Part shown: positions 47,749 to 56,635 of the stretch, one piece after another
Numbering within the stretch: the first letter of the stretch is position 1
How the letters are laid out: every line of letters starts with the position of its first letter
Source of the DNA: a virus
Taxonomy: Duplodnaviria > Caudoviricetes
Direction: 5' to 3' (one strand)
Virus record (IMG/VR): IMGVR_UViG_3300005841_000939
Length of the DNA: 64,000 nucleotides
The notes under the pieces: generated by a model
What the model saw: the letters and a program-made list of their open reading frames with translations, nothing else
Databases searched by the model: none
Told to the model about the DNA's origin: nothing
Position numbers and translations under genes: made by a program

Positions 47749-48336
47749 TTACTTTTCGATAGTGGTTTTCTTGGGGGACAATCCAAGGTCAGTATCATTA
47801 TCCTGACCTGTAGTGAACGCTTCTTGAGTCGCAGCCGAAGTTACAATCCAATGACTGATATCCTGTTTCTTTCTGCCAAACATGGAAAGAACCAATCCGC
47901 TTGGCTGAACATCAAACATATTGTCATGTTGCAAATTCACATCAACCAATTCCTTCTGAACTCGGTTGAACGTATCACGCTTGGCATTGACAATGTTCAT
48001 CAATTGTTTGAAACTCAGTTCAGGCAGAGTAGGACACGCTTCCTTCACCATCGTTACCAACGTTCCTCCATTTTTACCGCGAGCATTTGAATTGCCAACG
48101 ATAATGTTTGCGATGGCATCTGCCTCAGCCTGCGAAACTTGGGCAGACTGCTTGATGCTCTTGGACATATTATCATGTTCGGACTTGTTGGCTTCCACCT
48201 TGGCCAGAACTTGATTGTTGAGAACTGCTTCCTTGTTGAGGACACCAAGCCCCCACATGAAAACACCAATGAGGATGAGAATGCCGAGAACAGCAATCCC
48301 AAGCCCACATAGCAGCAGAATCTTATTCATTGACAT
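47749..48336 (-). CDS. LemA-like membrane-anchored protein
   Basis: N-terminal TM, helical bundle (KEACP...F..L...R..F...Q..L...H...P...FG), AAGGAG RBS. Confidence 0.55.
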   Translation of the reverse strand: MSMNKILLLCGLGIAVLGILILIGVFMWGLGVLNKEAVLNNQVLAKVEANKSEHDNMSKSIKQSAQVSQAEADAIANIIVGNSNARGKNGGTLVTMVKEACPTLPELSFKQLMNIVNAKRDTFNRVQKELVDVNLQHDNMFDVQPSGLVLSMFGRKKQDISHWIVTSAATQEAFTTGQDNDTDLGLSPKKTTIEK

Positions 48337-48400
48337 GAAAGGGTCTCCTTGTTATGTGGGCTATCTTAGAATGTCTAGGCTTATGTCAATATATTTTTTA

Positions 48401-49240
48401 TTAACCTTCAAATTTCTTTTTAAGCTCAATATACTTGGAATATTCCTCAGTCTCGGTTGATGATGCTAATCCTTGAAGATTGAATTTGAATATTGAGGAA
48501 ATTACACCTTCACCATAAAAATTGGTTTCAACAAATTGTTGATTGCTCTTTGTACCTTCAACAGTCGCACCAGATTCCAAAGAACGTGGAGTAGGGACAG
48601 AATAACTACAAGGAATACAATTGTTTTGTGCAGAATATTCAGAATTCAATGATTTTGTTTTTCCATCTGAACAAATTGATGCACCAAATGTAATGTTATT
48701 TAAATCATCACCAGCCCAATTTACATTTTGATGCTGAATTTGACCACCAATCAATGTAGTTTGATCAAAAATTGTTGATGGTTGTCTGTATGGAGTGTTC
48801 CAATAACTTCCATTTGGATAAACGCCACCATAAACGTTGTGCCATGGATCATAAACTTTAACAGGTTGTGAAAATAATTTTCTAGCTTTTTCAACTTCAA
48901 ATACAATTGAACCATTATCCTTTGAAGTTGGATCAGAAACAGCTTCATGTGCTTTGCGAACAAATTTGAACTTTTTATCACTATTCAAAAAACGTTCAAG
49001 ATTTACATTTTGGAATGCATTAACAATGAATCCATCACCGAAAATATCAGTACCATCAATTGAAAGCTTCAATTTAATGGCAACATCATTCATATTTTTA
49101 ATTAAGAATTTATATTCCGAATCAAATGGTAAAACTACACGACAACTGCGGGTTTTATCATTTTTAGCAACATCATATTCACGATATGCTGAGCCTGTAT
49201 TACTTAGAACGGAAATAACCGTATCATTTATGTGCATCAT
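48401..49240 (-). CDS. Hypothetical protein
   Basis: 279-aa ORF with an AAAGGAG RBS. Confidence 0.6.
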   Translation of the reverse strand: MMHINDTVISVLSNTGSAYREYDVAKNDKTRSCRVVLPFDSEYKFLIKNMNDVAIKLKLSIDGTDIFGDGFIVNAFQNVNLERFLNSDKKFKFVRKAHEAVSDPTSKDNGSIVFEVEKARKLFSQPVKVYDPWHNVYGGVYPNGSYWNTPYRQPSTIFDQTTLIGGQIQHQNVNWAGDDLNNITFGASICSDGKTKSLNSEYSAQNNCIPCSYSVPTPRSLESGATVEGTKSNQQFVETNFYGEGVISSIFKFNLQGLASSTETEEYSKYIELKKKFEG

Positions 49241-49371
49241 TTTGTCTCCTTTGTTTTAATCCGAACGATTAGCGGATGGGTTATTTAAATCGTTAGACAA
49301 ATGCAATTTTTCAAATGGCAGTCCATAAGACAACCATGCACCAATTATATATAAAAAATTTATTTCTTCAA

Positions 49372-50538
49372 TTATTTGTTTTTATCGCGAATCATATTGC
49401 GATATGAATCAATATAATCTTTTGTTTCCTGAGGGGCAGCTTTTCTAATCCAAGCACTACCATACCGTTTCCATGCATTGGCAACCTTTGCCGGACCCCA
49501 ATTGTATGCCCCAAGAACCGTCTCATAAGTAATAGGTGTCTTGTATGCTTTCAGCATTTCAGGAATACGTGTGTTGAAGTAATATTTGCATATTTCTTCA
49601 CTATTATTTTTAATGTGATTCCAATCATCAAAATCATAATCTTTTTTCAAACCCTTAATAGCATCTTCCCAAGCACCAGCACGCAATTGAAATTTTCCGC
49701 GCGCATCCGTTCCTTCGTTATGAGCAGAATGATCGTTTTTACTTTCAATAGTTCCAATAATTTTTACATCAATTGTTTTGGGAATAACAAATGCTGGTTT
49801 AGGAGTAATAGCTGGTGGACGAACGATTGGAAGACTTGGTGCTACTTGACGGATTGGAATTGAGAAAATTTTATTTTCTACGAGGGTTGATTCATTACCA
49901 CCAATCGTAGGTGGCATCATTACCGCAAGAGCCATTATCAATGCCGCACTTCCAAACTTGGCAGTGTTTCTAACTTTCTCAGAAAGCACAGAGAAGTCCT
50001 TGATAATAATAAATCTCATATCGGCATTCGCTAATTGGTTAATATCACAATGATCGAATGATTCTAGTTTGGCATTGTATAGTGTCAATGATCCCTTGTT
50101 GGAAATATGATTTTTCCATAAACCAAGTGATAGATTGAACTTACCTAGTTCAGTAAATAATGTATCACCGCTAACAAGGACACCATGACGTTCTATCATA
50201 GCCTCGTAAAGCTGTAATCCATATCCTTTACTTCTTTCGTTTTTTTCAGTACATACCATTTCAACAAATGGAATCACTGAACCATCTTTAAATATTTCAC
50301 CATTACCTTTTTTATATTTTATTTCACATGCAGAAATGCAATCTTCAGGATAACATTTATTGGTTTTAAACAAACCATAAATCATAAATCCATCTTGTTG
50401 ATCAACTCCAAAATATAATTCACCAATTTGTTTTATAAAAACTGGCCAATGCCAGCCAAAATCTTTTGGTGATGAAAAAAATGTGGAAGTATCTTCTGAA
50501 TTAAGATTACTTTTTTCCACTACCTTTATTATTGGCAC
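49372..50538 (-). CDS. Fusion of a GNAT-like N-terminal domain, a hydrophobic segment and a lytic transglycosylase (SLT/lysozyme-like) domain
   Basis: VEMVCTEKNERSKGYGLQLYE (R/Q-x-x-G-x-G motif A); IES...ARGKFQL...YNWG...ETKDY (SLT motifs I-III). Confidence 0.72.
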   Translation of the reverse strand: MPIIKVVEKSNLNSEDTSTFFSSPKDFGWHWPVFIKQIGELYFGVDQQDGFMIYGLFKTNKCYPEDCISACEIKYKKGNGEIFKDGSVIPFVEMVCTEKNERSKGYGLQLYEAMIERHGVLVSGDTLFTELGKFNLSLGLWKNHISNKGSLTLYNAKLESFDHCDINQLANADMRFIIIKDFSVLSEKVRNTAKFGSAALIMALAVMMPPTIGGNESTLVENKIFSIPIRQVAPSLPIVRPPAITPKPAFVIPKTIDVKIIGTIESKNDHSAHNEGTDARGKFQLRAGAWEDAIKGLKKDYDFDDWNHIKNNSEEICKYYFNTRIPEMLKAYKTPITYETVLGAYNWGPAKVANAWKRYGSAWIRKAAPQETKDYIDSYRNMIRDKNK

Positions 50539-51115
50539 GTTTTGTTCTCTTTGACTCTAAGAGTCTGCGTCCTTCAAAATACGCTGCTTTAGCTTGATCA
50601 GCGGTAATTGGTTGGGCTTGTGTTGGATCTACTTCAACTTCTGTATCAACAACGTCTATACCTTCTGGTTCTTGTCCATTTTGTGGCAATTCATCTTGTG
50701 GTGCAGGAAGTGCATTTTGAATTTGTCCAAAATTTGTATTAATATAACCAACAACTTCACTTGTATTGAATTTGTCGCTTACAATACCCTTACTTTGAAG
50801 AATATAACCAATAGTAATTAACAAACTACTAATTTCAGCGTGAGCATCTTCAATTTCATTTTGATTGCCGTCAGTTGATGACGCTTCAACATCTGAACGT
50901 GGTTCATCAATAGGTGTTGTATCACCATTTGTTACTGTAGTTTGTGCAGTACTATCAGGAACAACACCATTAACAATACCACCACCTACACTGGTATCAT
51001 CATTTACATCATCAACAGTTTGACCTGGAATTTCTTCAGTTGGAATACCATAAACAGGATATCCGAAAGATTGTTCAGCTAATTTGCGCAGGCGTGATTG
51101 AAATGATTTGTCCAT
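50507..51115 (-). CDS. Acidic late protein, scaffold/internal-head-like
   Basis: Late box 15 nt upstream; Asp/Glu/Pro-rich; RLRKLA and LLE motifs. Confidence 0.55.
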   Translation of the reverse strand: MDKSFQSRLRKLAEQSFGYPVYGIPTEEIPGQTVDDVNDDTSVGGGIVNGVVPDSTAQTTVTNGDTTPIDEPRSDVEASSTDGNQNEIEDAHAEISSLLITIGYILQSKGIVSDKFNTSEVVGYINTNFGQIQNALPAPQDELPQNGQEPEGIDVVDTEVEVDPTQAQPITADQAKAAYFEGRRLLESKRTKRANNKGSGKK

Positions 51116-51130
51116 GTTACCCTCATCTCA

Positions 51131-51138
51131 TATTTATA
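51131..51138 (-). promoter_or_regulatory. T4-late-type promoter TATAAATA (context AAAATATATAAATA)
   Basis: Exact match upstream of 51115. Confidence 0.65.
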
Positions 51139-51162
51139 TATTTTATGAGCGAATATAACTTT

Positions 51163-51687
51163 TTATGCCTTTCGGCTAACAATCCAGACTCCACCCTTTT
51201 CTTCAACATTGGCAATGTCTTTGATAATTTCTGTAACTTTCTTGACAACTTCAACACAACGGTATTGATGTTTCATTTCTCTACCGCGCAATTTGAATGA
51301 AAGTGTAACTTTACTACCTTCTTCAATAAATTCTTGAATTTTCTTGACCTTTACTTCAAGATCAGCAATTTCAATATTTGGCGTTAGACGAATTTCTTTA
51401 TCATCCGGTGCTTTATGCGTATTATCTTTAACTTTTTTCTTTTGTTCAAAGACATACTTGCCATAATCCATGATTTTTGCAACTGGTGGGTTTGCCTCTG
51501 GAGCAATTTCCACCAAATCAAGACCTACTTCTCTTGATTTCTGCAACGCTTCTTTGTTTCCTATCACTCCAACATTTTCACCATTTTGATCAATCAGACG
51601 GACTTTCCAAGCCTTTATCTGATCATTAATTCGCAATCCATTTGCGGCTTGCTGTGGCTGTTCTCTGAAACTCTTTTTAGGAAACAA
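51163..51687 (-). CDS. infC: Translation initiation factor IF-3
   Basis: RINDQI..VRLIDQNG..GLDLVEIAPEANPPVAKIMDYGKY..KEIRL..KV...GRE; TTG start 8 nt after AGGAG. Confidence 0.95.
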   Translation of the reverse strand: MFPKKSFREQPQQAANGLRINDQIKAWKVRLIDQNGENVGVIGNKEALQKSREVGLDLVEIAPEANPPVAKIMDYGKYVFEQKKKVKDNTHKAPDDKEIRLTPNIEIADLEVKVKKIQEFIEEGSKVTLSFKLRGREMKHQYRCVEVVKKVTEIIKDIANVEEKGGVWIVSRKA

Positions 51688-51767
51688 ACGTGTAACTCCT
51701 GACCATTGGGTCTGAATAGTTGATAGCTTATATACTACTTACTTTATCTACAGCGTCAAATAAAGAA

Positions 51768-52526
51768 TTATTTAACAACTTCTGCATTAGGATTTGCTGG
51801 AGCAGCAGGATTCAAATCTTTTTGAACCTCTTCTTCCATTTGCCATCCAGCATTGAAACCTTCCATCCAGCGAGTAACGTGAGAATAAGATTCCTTACTC
51901 AATTCACTTTCTGCCATTTGGCGAGCCATGTTCTTTGGATTTTCACCAGCTTTAAAACGCTTACGTGCTTCTGCAAAACCTTTTTCAAATGAACTTGTTG
52001 GGCCAGTTTGACCTGGATGTGGAGTGTCAATAATTGCTGATGCACCTTTTACTGGAGCTTCACAAGTTGAACCTGATGTGGTTGGTGCAGCATCATCATC
52101 AACTGCGTCTTCATCAATCTTTTGTTCGCATGGTGCTGTACCAGGAACTTCTTCTTCCAATTTTGGAACTTCTGCAATTACTGCATTTTCTTTAAGAACC
52201 AAAGCAAAAGCTTTTACTGATTCAACGATTTTTTCAAGTTTCTTTTCTGTTTCATATGAAACAACTGATTCTGAAAGCTTGGCAATACCTTCTTCAATTG
52301 GTTGCTTAGGATGAACTGTAGCAATTTGCTTTAATGATTCATTGGCTTTTTTAATATCTTCATAACCACTTATATCATTTGATCTTAGCTTAGATGTACC
52401 GTCTCTAAATAGTTTAACGGCTGTTTCCCAAGTCTCTAAAGCACTACTTTCTATCAAAACTCTTTGATAGTCACTATATTTTGCTTGTGGGGCTTTGAAA
52501 AACTTTGAAAATTCGATTTTTGACAT
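51768..52526 (-). CDS. Acidic late protein, probably virion-internal
   Basis: Late box at 52552; N-terminus MSKIEFSKFF; LIE/LSE motifs. Confidence 0.55.
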   Translation of the reverse strand: MSKIEFSKFFKAPQAKYSDYQRVLIESSALETWETAVKLFRDGTSKLRSNDISGYEDIKKANESLKQIATVHPKQPIEEGIAKLSESVVSYETEKKLEKIVESVKAFALVLKENAVIAEVPKLEEEVPGTAPCEQKIDEDAVDDDAAPTTSGSTCEAPVKGASAIIDTPHPGQTGPTSSFEKGFAEARKRFKAGENPKNMARQMAESELSKESYSHVTRWMEGFNAGWQMEEEVQKDLNPAAPANPNAEVVK

Positions 52527-52550
52527 GCCAAGAACTCCTAAATCTTGACA

Positions 52551-53906
52551 TTATTTATACTTTTTTTCTTTAAAATGTTCTATCAGACGATCAGGCGTAA
52601 TTTCATACTTATAATCTTGTAAAAAACGACCATGTTGAATGTCATGAGCCAATGATGCAAAAATCTTTGAAAAATCTTTGTATGGAACTGGAACTTTCAT
52701 ATCCGTGAACGCTTTAATTAAGCTATCACCTGAAACTCTCAATATCCATGTATGAGCATAGGTGTCATTCAAATGAAATAATGGCTTATCGAAAATATCA
52801 ATTATTTCTTTATTTGCTTGATGCACATGCAAGCACAAATCAACATACTCTGAAATTGATTCTTGAACTTTTCTAGCGGAACTATGTACTCGCTCCATGT
52901 TCTCTTTTGATTTGTCGTAAAAATAAATGTGCAAGCATTGGTGGCAATGCATTAACGCCTTCCATTCATTCTTATCAGTTATTTTTGTAAAATCTCCACC
53001 ATTGAAGAATAATGCTGGCAACCATACTTTTTCCATTGAAGGAAATTCAGAATCGTCATCATCCTTATTGATGATGATCGGCTTGAAATCATCACCAAAC
53101 AATTCTTTGTCAATTCCATGATCCTTCATGCAATTGACGAATGTGTTATAGTCGCCAGACACACATCCTTTATAAAATTCGGCTTCAAATCTTTCTTTAC
53201 TAATGTTATGCAGTAAAGGAGCATTCCTCTTCATTGCTTGTGAAGTTTTAGGATCAATCTTCAACTTATACCGAGCAACAAATTGCAACGCCCTCAAAAT
53301 TCTTAGAGGATCTTCTGCAAAACGATCATCTGCATTACCAACAGCTTTTAAAATCTTTTTCTTGCCATCGTTCTCTGCTGTTTTATTTGGAGCAATGATA
53401 CGTTGAGGCTGTGCAATTTCAATTGCAAATGCATTGATGGTAAAATCTCTACGCTGCAAATCTTTTTCAATTGGAATTGAAGGATCTACTGACACGACAT
53501 TTCTATCAGTGTCAAAACGAGGAATACTAATCTGACATTCTTTTGTCAAGAAATTATTAATCATCAAAATACCAAACGATTTACCAACCTCATCAATCTT
53601 TAAATTAAAAGTTGCAATCTCTTTTATTATTTCTGTAATTTTTTCATATGCCAATCCAGCCACACAAAAATCATAATCAATTTTCTTCGTTGAATTATAA
53701 TAGTAATATGGTTGATTTTTTGATAATCCTAGGATATAATCCCGAACCATACCACCAACAAAATACAGAGTGCCACCAGCAGCCTGAACAGCAGCACCCA
53801 ACAACAAGATTCGTTCATAATCTCCGATATTAGGAACGAATGACAAGTGAGGATGTCTGTTTGATTTAAGGGCGTCAAAAATCTGGAGATATGGTTGCTG
53901 GGTCAT
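52551..53906 (-). CDS. cca: tRNA nucleotidyltransferase (CCA-adding)/poly(A) polymerase family
   Basis: YFVGGMVRD, DYDF, DLQRRDFTINA and EDPLRILRA motifs. Confidence 0.88.
   Translation of the reverse strand: MTQQPYLQIFDALKSNRHPHLSFVPNIGDYERILLLGAAVQAAGGTLYFVGGMVRDYILGLSKNQPYYYYNSTKKIDYDFCVAGLAYEKITEIIKEIATFNLKIDEVGKSFGILMINNFLTKECQISIPRFDTDRNVVSVDPSIPIEKDLQRRDFTINAFAIEIAQPQRIIAPNKTAENDGKKKILKAVGNADDRFAEDPLRILRALQFVARYKLKIDPKTSQAMKRNAPLLHNISKERFEAEFYKGCVSGDYNTFVNCMKDHGIDKELFGDDFKPIIINKDDDDSEFPSMEKVWLPALFFNGGDFTKITDKNEWKALMHCHQCLHIYFYDKSKENMERVHSSARKVQESISEYVDLCLHVHQANKEIIDIFDKPLFHLNDTYAHTWILRVSGDSLIKAFTDMKVPVPYKDFSKIFASLAHDIQHGRFLQDYKYEITPDRLIEHFKEKKYK
52552..52559 (-). promoter_or_regulatory. 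T4-late-type promoter TATAAATA
   Basis: Overlaps the CCA-enzyme stop, 26 nt upstream of 52526. Confidence 0.55.
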
Positions 53907-53943
53907 AAAATAAAAAAGTAGAGTGCTTTAAGACACTCTACTT
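53907..53943 (-). terminator. Rho-independent terminator
   Basis: AAGTAGAGTG-loop-CACTCTACTT followed by TTTTATTTT, downstream of TROVE. Confidence 0.75.
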
Positions 53944-53969
53944 CTTCAATTTACAGAATCAAGAAGTTT

Positions 53970-55661
53970 TTAGGACTTCTTCTTGATGGCCTTCTTGACA
54001 CCAGCCTTCGCAGCATCAACCACTGGACTTGTTTCCAGGGTAATAGTGTCAATCAACTTCACGAAGTCACCACCATTGTATGTTCCATTGGCGAACAGGT
54101 CAATAACAGTGAAGCAATCATCCGAGAAACCACCGATGTACAATACATCAGTTCCAGTCTTCACTTGTTGTGAAGTGTTAGGAGTCACGTCAATTGAAAC
54201 GAAACGTGCCTTAGGATTGCGACTCTTGAACTTCAACCATTCCGCGTGAGCCGAAGTGCCGTAGTCATTTGACATGTCGCGCCATGATTCATTGTCAGAA
54301 ACCATGATGATCAAGTCACCCTTGGCATTATCACGGTTCAACTTGCGGATTGGCGCACTGCATGAGGTTCCACCTGATGGCAAATGGGCGATGACATTTG
54401 AATTTGATACAACTGAATCACGAGGATTCAAGCGGCATGGAACAACATCATCACTGAAACAGATTACCTCTGCATCTGGATTCTTGCGCAAAACAGCCGA
54501 AGCCACCAATGCAGCAACATCGCGACAAGACACCTTTGAAGAAGTATTGCCACGGTTTCCAGTCACAGGAGAACCCATTGAACCTGACACGTCAACGCAT
54601 ACATACACCTTACCTGCGAAGGTTGGAATATTCTCGGTTGAGATTTCCAATGCGTCTTGCAACGCATTAGTGATTTGCGAAGGAATTCCTTCCTCAACAT
54701 TCTTGTATGCTGCCAAGAGTTGGTAAGGGAATACCTTACTCTTCTCAATTGATGCGCGATCACGGAGCTTATCCGAAACAGTGCCAATCATCTTGGAATC
54801 GTTGAAAACTCCTTGACGCAAGAAAGTATTCAAGTTCATGCGAGTTGCATGCCAAGGAGCATTCTTCGCAATTGCAGTCCACTCGGGTGTTCCGAGATTC
54901 AATGCAGTCAGAAGACGGAATTCCACATCAGGAATTTCTGAAATGTTGGCCTTACCAGAAAGAACAGAAGTCTTGAACTTCTCGTACTTTTGCACAGTTT
55001 CAGGAAGTTCTGACAAAAGGACAGTGGTTGCACGCCCGTGCTTGTCATTAACCATATCACTCTTGCGAGTAACAACCTTCTTGCCGATGAGATATGCGAA
55101 CAATGCAGCTTGCACACTATCACGAGGAGCAGGGTGAGCCATCTTGATCACGTCAGCAATTGATGGATCATTACCAACTGAATCCTTGAAGAGGGAATCA
55201 TCACGACGGGTCTTGAACCATGCATTGATGAGCTTCTTCACACTGGTACCGAAAGACTTACGTCCAACCTTACCAGAACGGATGATTTGACAGAAGTTAC
55301 GCAACATCTTACCGTTGTCGATAACTTGAGGGAACACTACCTTCAAAACACTCACATCCTTAGATGCGAGAATTGCACATAGAAGTGCAGGAGTGTCCTT
55401 CATGAAAGAGTGCTTGCGTGCGTAGATTGCAGTACGACCGATGAAAGTCGCAGGAACCTTGTTGCAGAGCGAGATGATTTCTGCAAGTTGATCACCAGCA
55501 GAAGTATAGAAGGTATTTCCCAAAGTACCAACGATGGCCATTTGCGCCAGCTTTTCGCGGTCGCCGAGGTCATACGCAGCCCCGCCAGCGTGGTTTACCA
55601 CAGTGGCAACGGGAGACTTGGACTTAGGAGTTGAGGAACCGAAGAGATTCTTATTAGCCAT
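53970..55661 (-). CDS. Ro60/Rsr TROVE + vWA RNA-binding protein
   Basis: NHAGGAAY, LAQMA..GT..TFY, MKDTPA, NGKMLRNF, HP.P, RMNLNT, PYQLLAAY, VCVDVSGSM, GGT and SDNESW; AAGGA RBS before MANKNLF at 55661. Confidence 0.92.
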   Translation of the reverse strand: MANKNLFGSSTPKSKSPVATVVNHAGGAAYDLGDREKLAQMAIVGTLGNTFYTSAGDQLAEIISLCNKVPATFIGRTAIYARKHSFMKDTPALLCAILASKDVSVLKVVFPQVIDNGKMLRNFCQIIRSGKVGRKSFGTSVKKLINAWFKTRRDDSLFKDSVGNDPSIADVIKMAHPAPRDSVQAALFAYLIGKKVVTRKSDMVNDKHGRATTVLLSELPETVQKYEKFKTSVLSGKANISEIPDVEFRLLTALNLGTPEWTAIAKNAPWHATRMNLNTFLRQGVFNDSKMIGTVSDKLRDRASIEKSKVFPYQLLAAYKNVEEGIPSQITNALQDALEISTENIPTFAGKVYVCVDVSGSMGSPVTGNRGNTSSKVSCRDVAALVASAVLRKNPDAEVICFSDDVVPCRLNPRDSVVSNSNVIAHLPSGGTSCSAPIRKLNRDNAKGDLIIMVSDNESWRDMSNDYGTSAHAEWLKFKSRNPKARFVSIDVTPNTSQQVKTGTDVLYIGGFSDDCFTVIDLFANGTYNGGDFVKLIDTITLETSPVVDAAKAGVKKAIKKKS

Positions 55662-55700
55662 GATGCATTTTCCTTTCAGGAAACAATTGGTTGGCGAGTT

Positions 55701-55728
55701 AGTATAGAGATAAATTTTAAAGTGACAA
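55701..55728 (-). promoter_or_regulatory. Sigma70-like promoter for TROVE
   Basis: TTGTCA-16 nt-TATACT. The TTATCTCTATACT segment is repeated upstream of 56411. Confidence 0.5.
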
Positions 55729-55763
55729 GTGTTAATTGTCACCAAAGAATATACCTATTATAC

Positions 55764-56411
55764 TTAAATAATTATTTTTTCAACTACGGTACTATCATCA
55801 ATGATGACTGCACCAAGTTGACCGTTACCATCCGATTTACCGCATTGTAAATCCACACAATATGCGTTTGGCTCAACGTCAATAACATGTGAATGAATGT
55901 GGCCGAAGATAACCGGTTTATCGCTGGTTTCACCAGGATATTTTTCTGATAATTTCATCCGAATTGGTTTACCCTCAGCATCAAAACCAGCAACCCATCC
56001 ATAGAAGAATCGGTCAAAAGGAACATTGTCCCAATCATGTTGAAATAGGGCAGCCGGGGCATGTGAAATTCCGACGTGTTCGGTTTTGAAATAATGGCGC
56101 TGCTTGTCTCGGGTATCACCAACACAGTTGAGAAGGGCAGTTTTAAATGCCTCAAAGTCACGATCAGTCAATTGTTCCGGAAAAACACGCTTCTCTTTGC
56201 GAATCTTTTTCAGATAAGCAAATTCGTGATTTCCAACTAGACGAATGCTGTTAGGAACTGATGCACAATAATTTAAAACATCAATTGGCTGAGGACCACG
56301 GTCAACGTAATCACCAACGAAAACGACCAGATCAACTTTTGAGAAATATGAATCAAGTTGACGAACCTTGTCGTAAACTCCGTGAATGTCACCAACAGCT
56401 AAGATACGCAT
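55764..56411 (-). CDS. Calcineurin-like metallophosphoesterase (Pnkp-phosphatase/PPP-like)
   Basis: GDIHG, GDYVDRGP, GNHE, HAP and FGHIH; the GFDAEGKPIR segment recalls the bacterial Pnkp phosphatase domain. Confidence 0.85.
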   Translation of the reverse strand: MRILAVGDIHGVYDKVRQLDSYFSKVDLVVFVGDYVDRGPQPIDVLNYCASVPNSIRLVGNHEFAYLKKIRKEKRVFPEQLTDRDFEAFKTALLNCVGDTRDKQRHYFKTEHVGISHAPAALFQHDWDNVPFDRFFYGWVAGFDAEGKPIRMKLSEKYPGETSDKPVIFGHIHSHVIDVEPNAYCVDLQCGKSDGNGQLGAVIIDDSTVVEKIII

Positions 56412-56515
56412 GATGTATCAAGTATAGAGATAAGGTGTAAAAATCAATCATTACCTTGAATGCTACTTTATAGATAATTCATTGAATATGCATGCGCTTA
56501 TGGTATAAAGCAATA

Positions 56516-56635
56516 ATGCTCAAGAAGATTTCTATTGGTTTTATGGTTATTTTAGGTATGTTCCTGATTACAGGATGTTCATGCAGAATAAAAGAACATA
56601 CCTACAATACACTGACATTAGAAATTGGTCAGTAA
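56516..56635 (+). CDS. Very small lipoprotein (39 aa), opposite strand to all neighbours
   Basis: Not in the ORF track. Translates to MLKKISIGFMVILGMFLITG-C-SCRIKEHTYNTLTLEIGQ (basic n-region, hydrophobic core, lipobox). TTGAAT-16-TATAAA with an extended -10 lies just upstream. Confidence 0.55.
   Translation: MLKKISIGFMVILGMFLITGCSCRIKEHTYNTLTLEIGQ

Noticed and set aside
49241-49371. Possible structured leader (AACGATT/AATCGTT pairing) upstream of 48401..49240
   Set aside because: The pairing is short and could arise by chance in AT-rich DNA; I recognise no riboswitch consensus.
53970-55745. Track start for the TROVE ORF at 55745, and similar extended starts at 31236, 27332 and 8832
   Set aside because: Downstream ATGs with proper RBSs or stop-start overlaps (55661, 31299, 27374, 8691) match the family N-termini better.
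55662-55763. Y RNA next to the Ro60 gene
   Set aside because: The intergenic region holds only a short GTGACAA/TTGTCAC hairpin overlapping a promoter; I could not see a Ro-binding helix or a tRNA-like domain. A covariance search is still needed.
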